Source: Clostridia bacterium (GTDB taxonomy: Bacteria; Bacillota; Sulfobacillia; SLMV01). From it: 35,635 nucleotides of DNA. The stretch covers positions 1 through 35,635 of the forward strand of contig SLGS01000038.1 of the NCBI GenBank assembly GCA_007136565.1. Reading direction: 5' to 3'. Both the position numbers and the translations under genes were made by a program. The notes beneath the pieces were generated by a model. The model did not search any database. It had not been told where the DNA came from and saw only the letters and a program-made list of their open reading frames with translations. Of this stretch, positions 1 to 8,675 are shown piece after piece. How positions within the stretch are numbered: position 1 is the stretch's first letter; each line of letters begins with the position of its first letter.

Positions 1-1
1 A

Positions 2-316
2 GTGTGCCCGACCTGTTTCTGCTTCGACGTCCAGGACGAGGTGGATCTTGGCCTGTCGTCGGGGGAGAGGGTCCGCAAATGGGATGGGTGTACGCTCCTG
101 GAGTTCGCCCTCGTCGCGGGAGATGAGAACTTCCGCAGTGAACGCAAGGATCGACTTCGCCACAAGCTCTACCACAAGACCACCTCAACCCATCAGCGTT
201 ACGGCGAGATCTTCTGTACGGGTTGCGCCAGGTGCTTTAGAACCTGTCTCGTCGACATTTACCATCCGGACATCTACAACGCGCTGCAAGAGCGTATCGG
301 GGGTGATTCGCGATGA
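2..316 (+). CDS. C-terminal fragment of a 4Fe-4S cluster subunit (sulfhydrogenase beta / HydB- or AsrA-like); 5' end lies outside the window
   Basis: The frame is open from the window edge. Ferredoxin-type Cys motifs CPTCFCFD and CTGCARCFRTC are present. Its stop overlaps the next start in ATGA (313-316). It sits upstream of the gamma-delta-alpha hydrogenase genes. Confidence 0.6.
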   Translation: MCPTCFCFDVQDEVDLGLSSGERVRKWDGCTLLEFALVAGDENFRSERKDRLRHKLYHKTTSTHQRYGEIFCTGCARCFRTCLVDIYHPDIYNALQERIGGDSR

Positions 317-1140
317 GTGTAGCCAAGGCAAACGGCGGTTCCCTGTACCTTCCGGAGTCCGCCAGGATAGTGGATAAGAGACGGATGACGGACGATGAGA
401 CCTGGTACCACGTGCGCTTCGAGTCCGGGCGTTCATTGGACCACGATCCCGGGCAGTTCGTGGAGGTATCGATTTTCGGCGTGGGCGAGGCGCCCATCTC
501 GGTGACATCGCCCCCGTCCATGAAAGACGGCTTCGAGCTATGCATTCGACACGTGGGCAACGTCACCGATGCGATAAGGGGCTTGGACGTGGGGGATTCC
601 CTCGGGATCAGGGGGCCCTTCGGAAGGGGTTTCAGTACGACCCCAGCCCTGGGGAAGGATGTTCTCTTCGTCGCCGGCGGGCTGGGCCTGGTCCCGCTTA
701 GATCCCTCATCAAGACGGTCATGGAGAATCGCTCCGACTTCCGGCGCGTCATCCTGTTTTACGGAACTCGGTCCCCAGACACCGTCCTCTACGAAGACGA
801 GGTCGAGGAGTGGGAGAGGGATCCCGATATCGAGTTCCACCTCACCGTGGACATGACCGACGACACCTGGAAACACAACGTCGGGGTCGTCACGACTCTG
901 TTCCCGAGGGTTTCCCTGGATCCCGAGGAGACCGCTGCGTACATCTGCGGTCCGGACATAATGTTTCGCTTCGTGGTTCAGCAAACCTCGAGCATCGGTA
1001 TCCCCGACGATATGACATTCCTATCCCTGGAGAGACGAATGAAGTGCGGCGTGGGCAAGTGCGGACACTGCCAGGAAGGCAGCGTGTTCGTTTGCCGCGA
1101 GGGACCGTGCTTCTCGTACTCGGAGATAAAGGCCTTCTAG
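313..1140 (+). CDS. Hydrogenase gamma subunit: FAD/NAD(P)-binding oxidoreductase with a C-terminal 2Fe-2S site (HydG / AsrB / PyrK-like)
   Basis: 275 aa. It shows an FNR-like fold signature (GGLGLVPL, LFYGTRS) and a C-terminal RMKCGVGKCGHCQ...VCREGPC cluster motif. The start overlaps the upstream stop in ATGA. Confidence 0.8.
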   Translation: MSVAKANGGSLYLPESARIVDKRRMTDDETWYHVRFESGRSLDHDPGQFVEVSIFGVGEAPISVTSPPSMKDGFELCIRHVGNVTDAIRGLDVGDSLGIRGPFGRGFSTTPALGKDVLFVAGGLGLVPLRSLIKTVMENRSDFRRVILFYGTRSPDTVLYEDEVEEWERDPDIEFHLTVDMTDDTWKHNVGVVTTLFPRVSLDPEETAAYICGPDIMFRFVVQQTSSIGIPDDMTFLSLERRMKCGVGKCGHCQEGSVFVCREGPCFSYSEIKAF

Positions 1141-1148
1141 GAAGGGGG

Positions 1149-1910
1149 ATGACCCGTTTGAAACCCAAGGTAGGTTTTTTCAGTTTCACCAGTTGTGAAG
1201 GTTGCCAGCTACAGGTCCTGAACCTGGAGGAGCAGCTGCTGGATATAGCGGGCGCCGTCGACCTGGTGACCTTCCGGGAGGCCATGGACCCCATCGATCG
1301 GGACTACGACATAGCCTTCGTGGAAGGTTCCATAAGCAGGGAGTCGGAAAAGGTCGTACTGGAGGAAATCCGATCCAAGGCCGACGTGGTGGTGGCCCTG
1401 GGGGCGTGCGCGGCTTCGGGATGCGTAAACGCCATCAAGAACCACTTCACTTCGGAGGAGAATCTCCGCGAAGTCTACGGAGAATCGGCCCGATATTACG
1501 ACACCATCGATGCCAGGCCGATCGACGCGGTGGTCGCGGTGGATTACTACCTCAGGACTTGCCCGATAACCCGCGAGGAGTTCCTGCGCCTATTCACCTC
1601 TCTCCTCTTGGCGCGCCGACCCTACGATCCCAATTTCGCCGTCTGCGTCGAATGCCGGTTGGCGGAGAACATCTGCGTATACGATACCGACGAGGGTGAG
1701 TTCTGCATGGGCCCGGTGACGCGCGCGGGATGCGGTGCCCTGTGCCCGGGCTTCGGATCCGCCTGCATAGGTTGCCGGGGCTTCATCGAGCAAGCCAACT
1801 TCGAATCGATGCTTCAGGTCATGGAGGACTACGGAATGCCCCGCGAGGACGCGGTAAATCGATTGAAGATGTTCAACGCCGCCCTGCCCGAGGCCGAGGG
1901 AGTGAAGTAG
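1149..1910 (+). CDS. [NiFe]-hydrogenase small (delta) subunit, NuoB/20-kDa-like
   Basis: Internal ATG at 1149 with GAAGGGGG just upstream. The protein starts MTRLKPKVGFFSFTSCEGCQ, and further Cys clusters follow (GACAASGC, CVECR, CMGPVTRAGCGALCP, CIGCRG). The 810-1148 part of the ORF track looks like a spurious extension. Confidence 0.85.
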   Translation: MTRLKPKVGFFSFTSCEGCQLQVLNLEEQLLDIAGAVDLVTFREAMDPIDRDYDIAFVEGSISRESEKVVLEEIRSKADVVVALGACAASGCVNAIKNHFTSEENLREVYGESARYYDTIDARPIDAVVAVDYYLRTCPITREEFLRLFTSLLLARRPYDPNFAVCVECRLAENICVYDTDEGEFCMGPVTRAGCGALCPGFGSACIGCRGFIEQANFESMLQVMEDYGMPREDAVNRLKMFNAALPEAEGVK

Positions 1911-1911
1911 C

Positions 1912-3210
1912 ATGGCCACCAAGAGAGATCTCAACATCAACGTCCACCACATGACCCGGGTCGAGGGACACGGGAACATAGTCGTCGACGTCAAGAACGG
2001 GGAGTTGAAAAAGGCAGAGCTCGAGATAGTCGAGTCCCCGCGGTTTTTCGAGTCCCTACTCAGGGGGCGCCCCTGGGACGAGGCTCCCTACATCACCTCC
2101 CGGATTTGCGGGATTTGCGCGGTGGGGCACGCCCAGGCGTCGATCAACGCCCTGGAGGATGCCCTGGGGGTCACGCCCTCGGAGCAAACCGTCAAGCTCC
2201 GCAAGCTCCTGTTCAACGCCGAGACCATGCAAAGCCACTGGCTGCACGTCTTCTTCCTGGCGGCACCGGACTTCTTCGGAGCCGGTAGCGCCCTGGAACT
2301 TGTAGGCGATAAGCCGGAAGTTGTCAGGATGGCGCTGCGCCTCAAGAAGCTGGCCAACGACCTGGGAGATATGATCGCCGGGCGCAAGGTTCATCCCATC
2401 GCCATGAAGGTCAACGGATTCTCCAGCCTCCCCTCTCCCGCGGAGCTTGAGGATATGCGCCGCAGGCTGGTGGAGGCACGCGAGGACATGGTGGCCACCG
2501 TGGATCTATTGAAGTCCGTCGATATCCCGGACTTCAGCCGCGAGACTGAATACGTCGCCCTTCGCCTGGAAGACGAGTACGCTTGGATCGACGGTGGAAT
2601 CAGGACCTCGGACGGCTTCGACTACGACCTGAAGGATTATCGCCGCGTAACCAACGAGAGAGCGGTCCCGCATTCCACGGCAAAGCACACAGCTCACAAC
2701 CGCGAGTCCTACATGGTGGGTGCCCTGGCCAGGTACAACGTCAATCACGCACTGCTCCGCCCGGAAGCGGAAGCGGTGGCCTCCGCACTGGGACTGGAGC
2801 CCATGTGCACCAACCCCTACATGAACTCGGTGGCCCAGGTGGTGGAGACGGTGCACTGCCTCGAGAACTCCGTAGACCTGATCGATGAGTTCCTGGGCGA
2901 GGGACTGGAACACGAGCCGCGCGATGTCGAGTTTCGCCCCGGTAGGGGAGTCGGAGCGGCGGAGGTTCCCCGGGGAGTACTCTTCCACGAGTACGAGATC
3001 GATGAAACAGGCCACATCACCGAGGCCAACTGCATCATACCCACCGGGCAGAACCTGGCGAATATCGAAGCGGACATGCGCGCCCTGGTCCCCGAGATAA
3101 TCGATAGGGACAAGGGGGAGATTACCCTGCTCCTGGAGATGTTGGTTCGGGCATACGATCCCTGCATCTCCTGCTCCACTCACTTGCTGGACGTGGAGTT
3201 CGTGGATTAA
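1912..3210 (+). CDS. [NiFe]-hydrogenase large (alpha) subunit, cytosolic group 3 (3b-like)
   Basis: 432 aa with the N-terminal Ni-binding motif RICGICAVGH and the C-terminal DPCISCSTH. Only 8 residues (LLDVEFVD) follow the His. The beta-gamma-delta-alpha order matches the Pyrococcus-type sulfhydrogenase. Confidence 0.93.
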   Translation: MATKRDLNINVHHMTRVEGHGNIVVDVKNGELKKAELEIVESPRFFESLLRGRPWDEAPYITSRICGICAVGHAQASINALEDALGVTPSEQTVKLRKLLFNAETMQSHWLHVFFLAAPDFFGAGSALELVGDKPEVVRMALRLKKLANDLGDMIAGRKVHPIAMKVNGFSSLPSPAELEDMRRRLVEAREDMVATVDLLKSVDIPDFSRETEYVALRLEDEYAWIDGGIRTSDGFDYDLKDYRRVTNERAVPHSTAKHTAHNRESYMVGALARYNVNHALLRPEAEAVASALGLEPMCTNPYMNSVAQVVETVHCLENSVDLIDEFLGEGLEHEPRDVEFRPGRGVGAAEVPRGVLFHEYEIDETGHITEANCIIPTGQNLANIEADMRALVPEIIDRDKGEITLLLEMLVRAYDPCISCSTHLLDVEFVD

Positions 3211-3244
3211 GGGGGAGGACCCCGAGGCGGACGCGTTCGATGGA

Positions 3245-3274
3245 GGGCCCGGGGGATAGCGTTTCTCCGGGCCC
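3245..3274 (+). terminator. GC-rich stem-loop after the hydrogenase large subunit (no U tract)
   Basis: GGGCCCGG (3245-3252) and CCGGGCCC (3267-3274) form a perfect 8-bp stem with a 14-nt loop. No T-run follows, so terminator function is uncertain. Confidence 0.3.
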
Positions 3275-3318
3275 CGCAATGGGCGAGGGCATCGCGTGTT
3301 CGAGGGGGGTGGTATCGC

Positions 3319-3801
3319 GTGTCGGATTGGATCAAGATAACGGGCTCGGCCGACGATCCTTACACCCAGGCCGCCCACCGCGAATGGGACCAGCGTTTCG
3401 TGTGGTTCCCGGGCACCGGTTCCCGGGTGGATAGGGGAGATCGGCTATTCCTCTACACCGGACACCCCTTGCGGCGGTTCTACGCGATATGCATCGTCTT
3501 GGATCGTCCCGTTTCCGTGGTGGTTCCCCGGGATGGCCTGCGCTTGAGATCGCGGGTTTTCACCCAGCTGAGCGTGTGGGATCTCAAGGGATACGGCGTA
3601 TCGGTCGACGAGGTGTTTCCGCTGCCCGGGGGACGCGGCACCATATCCCTCAGGCAGAAGTCCCACATTATCCTGGATCCGCGCGAGGTCAAACCCCTGG
3701 CCGAGAGGCTCGCCTCAGCCACGGTTCGAGAGGCGTCGGATTGGATCGGGATCCCGGTTCAATCCGCTTTGTTTCCCAGGGATCCTCGCTGGGAAATGTA
3801 A
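3319..3801 (+). CDS. Hypothetical protein, 160 aa, no motif I can name with confidence (possible PUA/EVE-like fold, speculative)
   Basis: GTG start with GAGGGGGGTGG 7-8 nt upstream. Codon usage resembles the neighbouring genes. It ends 23 nt before arcC. It has no Cys/His metal motifs, no TM segment and no P-loop. Confidence 0.55.
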   Translation: MSDWIKITGSADDPYTQAAHREWDQRFVWFPGTGSRVDRGDRLFLYTGHPLRRFYAICIVLDRPVSVVVPRDGLRLRSRVFTQLSVWDLKGYGVSVDEVFPLPGGRGTISLRQKSHIILDPREVKPLAERLASATVREASDWIGIPVQSALFPRDPRWEM

Positions 3802-3824
3802 TCCACCGGAGAGGCGTTGATATC

Positions 3825-4781
3825 ATGAGCGAGGATGGCAGACTGCTCGTCGTTGCCCTGGGGGGTAACGCCATTCAGAAGCCGGGGCAGGCCGGGACGG
3901 CGGAGGAACAACGGGAAAACATCGCCGCGGCCTGCCGACACCTGGCGTCATTGGTCAAATCGGGCTACCGCCTGGTCCTGACCCACGGTAATGGCCCCCA
4001 GGTCGGGAGCATACTCCTGCAAAACGAAGCGGCTCGAGACGTGGCACCTCCCATGCCCCTGGATATTTGCGGTGCCCAAAGCCAGGGCTTCATCGGATAC
4101 ATGTTCCAACAATCCCTTTCGGCGGCGCTTTCGGAGCTGGGCGTGCGCACCCCCGTCACTACAATCGTAACGCAAACCCGGGTGTCCGCGGATGACCCCG
4201 ATTTCGCGGATCCGAGCAAGCCCATAGGTCCCTTTTACAGCGAAGAAGAAGCATTGGTCCTGGCCCGGGAGAAGGGATTCGTGGTCAAGGAGGATTCCGG
4301 CCGGGGCTGGCGGAGGGTGGTTCCCTCGCCGGATCCCGTGGGGATCGTGGAAAGGGAATCCATAAGGCACCTGGTTGACTCCGGCAACATCGTCATAGCT
4401 TCCGGTGGTGGAGGGATACCCGTGGTAGAAGGATCCGATGGCAAGCTCCGGGGCATCGAGGCTGTCATAGACAAGGATCTCGCGGGGGAGAGGTTGGCCG
4501 CGGACGTCGATGCCGATGGGTTCGTAATCCTGACGGACGTGGAGGGGGTGGCGATAAACTTCGGTACCCGGTCGCAGGAGGAACTCCGGAACATCACCGC
4601 CGCCGAGGCGGACCGTTTCCTGGCGGAGGGACATTTTCGCGCCGGCAGCATGAAGCCCAAGGTAATGGCCGCCGTCCGCTTTGTGCGCGGCGACGGACGC
4701 CGCTGGGCGGTCATCGGTGGATTGGAGGGTGCGGAACTCGCCGTGCAAGGTCGTGGCGGGACCCGGATAACCCACGGGTAG
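3825..4781 (+). CDS. arcC: Carbamate kinase
   Basis: 318 aa from the internal ATG at 3825, with GGAGAGG upstream. The N-terminus LLVVALGGNAI and motifs THGNGPQVG and GGGGIPV are typical of the amino-acid kinase / carbamate kinase family. The 3489-3824 part of the ORF track is a spurious extension that overlaps the previous gene. Confidence 0.9.
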   Translation: MSEDGRLLVVALGGNAIQKPGQAGTAEEQRENIAAACRHLASLVKSGYRLVLTHGNGPQVGSILLQNEAARDVAPPMPLDICGAQSQGFIGYMFQQSLSAALSELGVRTPVTTIVTQTRVSADDPDFADPSKPIGPFYSEEEALVLAREKGFVVKEDSGRGWRRVVPSPDPVGIVERESIRHLVDSGNIVIASGGGGIPVVEGSDGKLRGIEAVIDKDLAGERLAADVDADGFVILTDVEGVAINFGTRSQEELRNITAAEADRFLAEGHFRAGSMKPKVMAAVRFVRGDGRRWAVIGGLEGAELAVQGRGGTRITHG

Positions 4782-4874
4782 TCCCATGGGTGGCCGGGCT
4801 TAGATCCACGACGAACAGATTTGTCCGGCAGGGATGGATCCCAGTGTATTGGTCATGGTAGTCATGACAAACTA

Positions 4875-4915
4875 ATACTCCCCGAAAGCTTCCGCGCTCT
4901 CGGGGAGTATCGTTT
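4875..4915. terminator. Rho-independent terminator between the convergent arcC and ABC permease genes
   Basis: TACTCCCCGA (4875-4884) and TCGGGGAGTA (4899-4908) form a perfect 10-bp stem with a 14-nt loop, followed by TCGTTTT. The reverse strand is followed by TTAGTTTG, so the element may work in both directions. Confidence 0.55.
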
Positions 4916-5012
4916 TGGGTCTATCATCTTTGCGATGGGATTTTCGTCTTCCTTCGAGTCCCTGCTGTCTCGATTCATCTCCCATCCTCCGAATCGAAAT
5001 CTACCCTGGAGA

Positions 5013-5891
5013 TTACCTGCGACCGGCCTCGGCCGATGCCTCCCTCGGTTCGTCGCCCTTCTTGGCGATGCGCACCCGGGGATCCAGGGCGTCGCGGACG
5101 CCGTCACCGAGTAGGTTGAAGCCGAACACGGTTATCAGGATGGCGACACCCGGGAAGATTCCCACCCACCATTCCGAGCGGAGCAAGTGGCGACCCTGGC
5201 TAACCATGCCACCCCAGTCCGGGAGTGGAGGTTGTGCGCCGAGGCCCAAGAAGCTGACCCCCGCCGCCTGCATGATCGAAGTACCCACGCGGAGCGTGGC
5301 GAGGACGACGATCGGACCTATGATGTTCGGCAGGATGTGCTTGGTGAGGATCCGGATGTCCCGGGCCCCGAGGCCATGCTGAGCCTCGATGTACTCCTTT
5401 TCCCTGACCGATAGAGTCGAGCCCCTCACGAGCCGGGCGAAGCGCGGAATGCCCGATATACCAACGGCTATCATTACGTTGTACAAACCGGGCCCGAGCA
5501 CGGCCACGACCGCCAGGGCCAAAAGGATCCCCGGGAAGGCCAGGAGTACATCCATGAAGCCCATTATCAAGCGATCGATTTTGCCCCCGTAGTAGCCGGC
5601 CACCAGTCCCAGGGCGGAGCCTATCAACAGACCGATGCCCGTGGCCAGGAACGCTATCTGCAGCGAAATTTGGGCTCCCCATATGATCCTGGAGGTCAAT
5701 TGCCTGCCCAACTGGTCCGTTCCCAGTGGTGACTCGTTGGAGGGGGGCTGCAGCCGCATTGCCAGGTTTTGGTCGTCATAGCCCTCCGGGGCCAATACCG
5801 GCGCGAATATGGCGGCACCGAAGACTAGCAGCAGGCAAAACAAGCCGATCCTTGCGGAGCGGTGACGAGATAGACGAACTAGTACATTCAT
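5013..5891 (-). CDS. ABC transporter permease, peptide/nickel family (DppC/OppC-like)
   Basis: 292 aa, multi-TM. The EAA-loop region is YIEAQHGLGARDIRILTKHILPN. The ATG start lies 18 nt after the upstream permease stop. Confidence 0.9.
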   Translation of the reverse strand: MNVLVRLSRHRSARIGLFCLLLVFGAAIFAPVLAPEGYDDQNLAMRLQPPSNESPLGTDQLGRQLTSRIIWGAQISLQIAFLATGIGLLIGSALGLVAGYYGGKIDRLIMGFMDVLLAFPGILLALAVVAVLGPGLYNVMIAVGISGIPRFARLVRGSTLSVREKEYIEAQHGLGARDIRILTKHILPNIIGPIVVLATLRVGTSIMQAAGVSFLGLGAQPPLPDWGGMVSQGRHLLRSEWWVGIFPGVAILITVFGFNLLGDGVRDALDPRVRIAKKGDEPREASAEAGRR

Positions 5892-5909
5892 TTAACACCA
5901 GCCCCCGAA

Positions 5910-6851
5910 CTAGTTGTACCTAATGCGCGGATCGATAAGGGAATAGGTCAGATCCACGAGAAGGTTAACGACTACGAAGATCACGGCTATGAGCAGGATG
6001 CAGGCCTGAACCATGGGATAATCGCGGGCGTTGATACCGTTGATTACCAGGGTCCCGATGCCGGGCCAGGCGAATACCTGCTCGGTGATTACGGCGCCAC
6101 CGAGGAGCACGCCCAACTGAAGGCCGATGAGGGTTACCACGGGAATCATCGCGTTCTTCAGGGCGTGGCGGTAAATGACGTTGCGCTCCCCGAGGCCTTT
6201 CGCCCGGGCGGTCCGGATGTAGTCCTGGTTTAGGACTTCCATCATACTCGAGCGCGTCATGCGAGCCATGACCGCCGCCGTACCCGTACCCAAAGTAATG
6301 GCGGGCATTATCATTCGCTTGATCCCGTCGGCGCTGAAGAAGGATTCACCCATCCCGGAGGCGGGTAGCCAGCCGAGCCAGTAGGCGAACACCAGCATCA
6401 AGAGAAGGCCCTTCCAAAACGACGGGGCCGATACCAGTACCAGGGCGGAGGCCATGGATACCGTATCCCCGAGGGAGTTGGGCCGGACTCCAGCGTATAC
6501 ACCTATCGAAACACCGACGATTACCGACCAGGTAATGGCCACCATGGCCATTTGCAGCGTATTGGGGAAGCGGGTTCGTATATCCTGCATTACCGGCCTT
6601 TGGGTGCGGAATGACCTGCCGAAATCGAGCCGCACAGCGTTGCTTATGAATCTCCAATATTGGATATGAAGGGGATCATTCAGTCCCAGTCGCTCTCGGA
6701 TGGCCTCGATGTCTTCCTCGTAGGCTTCCGGTCCGGCCAAAAGCCTCGCCGGGTCACCCGGCGTCAGGTGGACGAGGAGGAAGACCAATATGCTGACACC
6801 GATGAGGATGGGGATCGCGTTGACCGCCTTGCGCATCGCGTATTCGAACAC
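5910..6851 (-). CDS. ABC transporter permease, peptide/nickel family (DppB/OppB-like)
   Basis: 313 aa. The N-terminus ...IPILIGVSILVFLLVHLTPGDP and the motif YIRTARAKGLGERNVIYRHALKNAMIPVVT fit the family. GTG start with AGGAGGAG 5-6 nt upstream. Confidence 0.9.
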   Translation of the reverse strand: MFEYAMRKAVNAIPILIGVSILVFLLVHLTPGDPARLLAGPEAYEEDIEAIRERLGLNDPLHIQYWRFISNAVRLDFGRSFRTQRPVMQDIRTRFPNTLQMAMVAITWSVIVGVSIGVYAGVRPNSLGDTVSMASALVLVSAPSFWKGLLLMLVFAYWLGWLPASGMGESFFSADGIKRMIMPAITLGTGTAAVMARMTRSSMMEVLNQDYIRTARAKGLGERNVIYRHALKNAMIPVVTLIGLQLGVLLGGAVITEQVFAWPGIGTLVINGINARDYPMVQACILLIAVIFVVVNLLVDLTYSLIDPRIRYN

Positions 6852-6926
6852 GACATCTCCTCCTGACAGAGGCAGTCGCCGCGGGGGGGAAGAGTTTCCC
6901 CCCCGCGCGACGACGCATGATCTCTC

Positions 6927-8555
6927 TTACTCGAAGTACAGTTGCGTGTAGTCGCCGGAAATGGCGGGCCCGGGATCCCAGCCGCGCACGTTGGCGGGGT
7001 GGATCCACATCAGGGACTCGTTGCCGACGAAGATGTGCCAGACGTTTTCGTTGATCATGAACTGGGCCTCTTCGTAGAGCTCCTTGCGAACGTCCATATC
7101 CTGTTCGCGCAGGGCTTCGCGCAGCAGCTCGTCCAGCTCGGGATCACTGAGGTTCGCGTAGTTACCGCGACCACCGGTCATGACCTTGGCGTCGGTGAAC
7201 AGGGAGGGATCCGCTCCGGATTGGTTCCATCCGAGGAATACCATCTGGAATTCACCGGCGCGAACCTCGTCCAGGAAGGCTCCCCACTCCATTACCTTCA
7301 CGTTGGACTCGATGCCGACGGCGGCGAACTGGTTTTGGACTACCTCCGAGATATCCTTATCCATGAAGTAGCGATGGTCCGGAGAATGGATCTCGATGCT
7401 CAGGCGTTCTCCGTCCTTTTCGTAGTAGTCTCCCACCATCTCGAAACCGGCCTCTTCGATGAGTTCGCGGGCGCGGTCGGGGTCGTATCCGATGTTCGGT
7501 AGTACTCCCTCGCCGGGATATGCCCATCCGGCCATGGGTAGCAAGGAGTCACTGGGTACGGTGATGGGGCTGGCCACGGCCTCGACGATGTTGGGCATGT
7601 CCACGGCCCAGTTGACGGCCTCGCGGATACGCTTATCGCCGAAGGGGAACGCTTCGACGTTGAGCTCGTACTGGCGGCTACGATATGCCGGGGTGACGAT
7701 GACGTTGAGATCGGGATCGGCCTCGAAGCGCTCGAGGTCCTGGACGGAGGCGCGGGTGATGAGGTCTACGCCGCCCGTTTCCAGTTCGATGACCTGCGTG
7801 TTAGCTTCGGGGATCACGCGATAGATGACCTTCTCCAGGATGGGTCCGTCGCCCCACCAGTTGGGATTCTTAACCAGTTCGACGCGCTGTCCCTGGACCC
7901 ATTCGCTCCACATGAAGGGGCCGGTGCCCATGGGCTCCATGGCCCAATCCTCGTACTCCATGCTCTCGAAGGCTTCCATGCTGGGAATGAATCCACCGTT
8001 GGGCATGATCACGTTGTCGGGGAAGGCCGCGTTGGGCTCTTCCAGTGTGAAGACGATGGTGTGGTCATCTACGATTTCCATTTCGGTGATGGCCGAAAAC
8101 TGCGCCTGGAAGTTACTATCGTCGCTTTGAGCGCGCGTGAAGTGCCACTCGACGACCTCCGCGTTGAAAGGAGATCCGTCGTGGAATTCGACGCCTTGGC
8201 GCAGGTAGAAGGTCCACTCCAGGCCGTCGTCGGAAACATCCCAGTCCTCGGCGAGACACGGTATAGGACTACCGTCGGGCGCACGGGTCATCAGGCGCTC
8301 GAAGATCTGGAAGGCCACACCGCTGGTAGTGGCGTCACCGATCTGTATGGGATCGAACTGGACGATATCCGTCTCCAGCGCGATTACCCAGTCGGTCTTG
8401 GCGTCCTCGTCCGGATCATCATCATCCGGCTCACTGGGCTCCGCCGGCTCGGCCGGTTCGCCGTTATCGGGATCGGCGGGCTCGTCGGGAGAACCGCAGG
8501 CTACCAAGGCGAACATCAGCATCAGTACCACGAGTATGCTGAGAACTCGTTTCAC
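6927..8555 (-). CDS. ABC transporter substrate-binding lipoprotein, SBP family 5 (peptide/nickel)
   Basis: 542 aa with a signal peptide and lipobox (MFALVAC-GSP), followed by a Pro/Glu/Asp-rich linker. Length and overall pattern match DppA/OppA/NikA-type SBPs. GTG start with GAGGGGG 8 nt upstream. Confidence 0.9.
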   Translation of the reverse strand: MKRVLSILVVLMLMFALVACGSPDEPADPDNGEPAEPAEPSEPDDDDPDEDAKTDWVIALETDIVQFDPIQIGDATTSGVAFQIFERLMTRAPDGSPIPCLAEDWDVSDDGLEWTFYLRQGVEFHDGSPFNAEVVEWHFTRAQSDDSNFQAQFSAITEMEIVDDHTIVFTLEEPNAAFPDNVIMPNGGFIPSMEAFESMEYEDWAMEPMGTGPFMWSEWVQGQRVELVKNPNWWGDGPILEKVIYRVIPEANTQVIELETGGVDLITRASVQDLERFEADPDLNVIVTPAYRSRQYELNVEAFPFGDKRIREAVNWAVDMPNIVEAVASPITVPSDSLLPMAGWAYPGEGVLPNIGYDPDRARELIEEAGFEMVGDYYEKDGERLSIEIHSPDHRYFMDKDISEVVQNQFAAVGIESNVKVMEWGAFLDEVRAGEFQMVFLGWNQSGADPSLFTDAKVMTGGRGNYANLSDPELDELLREALREQDMDVRKELYEEAQFMINENVWHIFVGNESLMWIHPANVRGWDPGPAISGDYTQLYFE

Positions 8556-8675
8556 AAGTTTTACCCCCTCGAATTGGTGAAGTCTCTAAGAATTTCGCTG
8601 CTACTTCCGGAGTTACACGGATGGACAATTATCCGGTGATAACGGTGACCTGCAAGTGGTCCAGCGATCCACCCC

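Noticed and set aside
810-1148. Long N-terminal extensions appear in the ORF track for the hydrogenase small subunit (810), carbamate kinase (3489), epimerase (19192), glnA (32520), dppA (10311) and the SbcD-like gene (31283).
   Set aside because: The extensions overlap the preceding genes or consist of Arg/Gly-rich nonsense. In each case an internal start with a good SD gives a protein of family-typical length and N-terminus.
3319-3801. I considered whether the 160-aa ORF after the hydrogenase large subunit is the maturation endopeptidase (HycI/HybD size class).
   Set aside because: It lacks the N-terminal GxGN-type motif and the conserved Asp/His metal ligands I recall for that family. Only the size matches.
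8597-8616. The minus strand reads CUCCGGAAGUAGCAGCG, which is reminiscent of the SRP RNA domain IV GGAA tetraloop region.
   Set aside because: The flanking symmetric and asymmetric loop sequences and the closing helix do not match. The segment lies in the 5' UTR only about 40 nt from the SBP start, and no Alu or helix 5 partner strand is evident.
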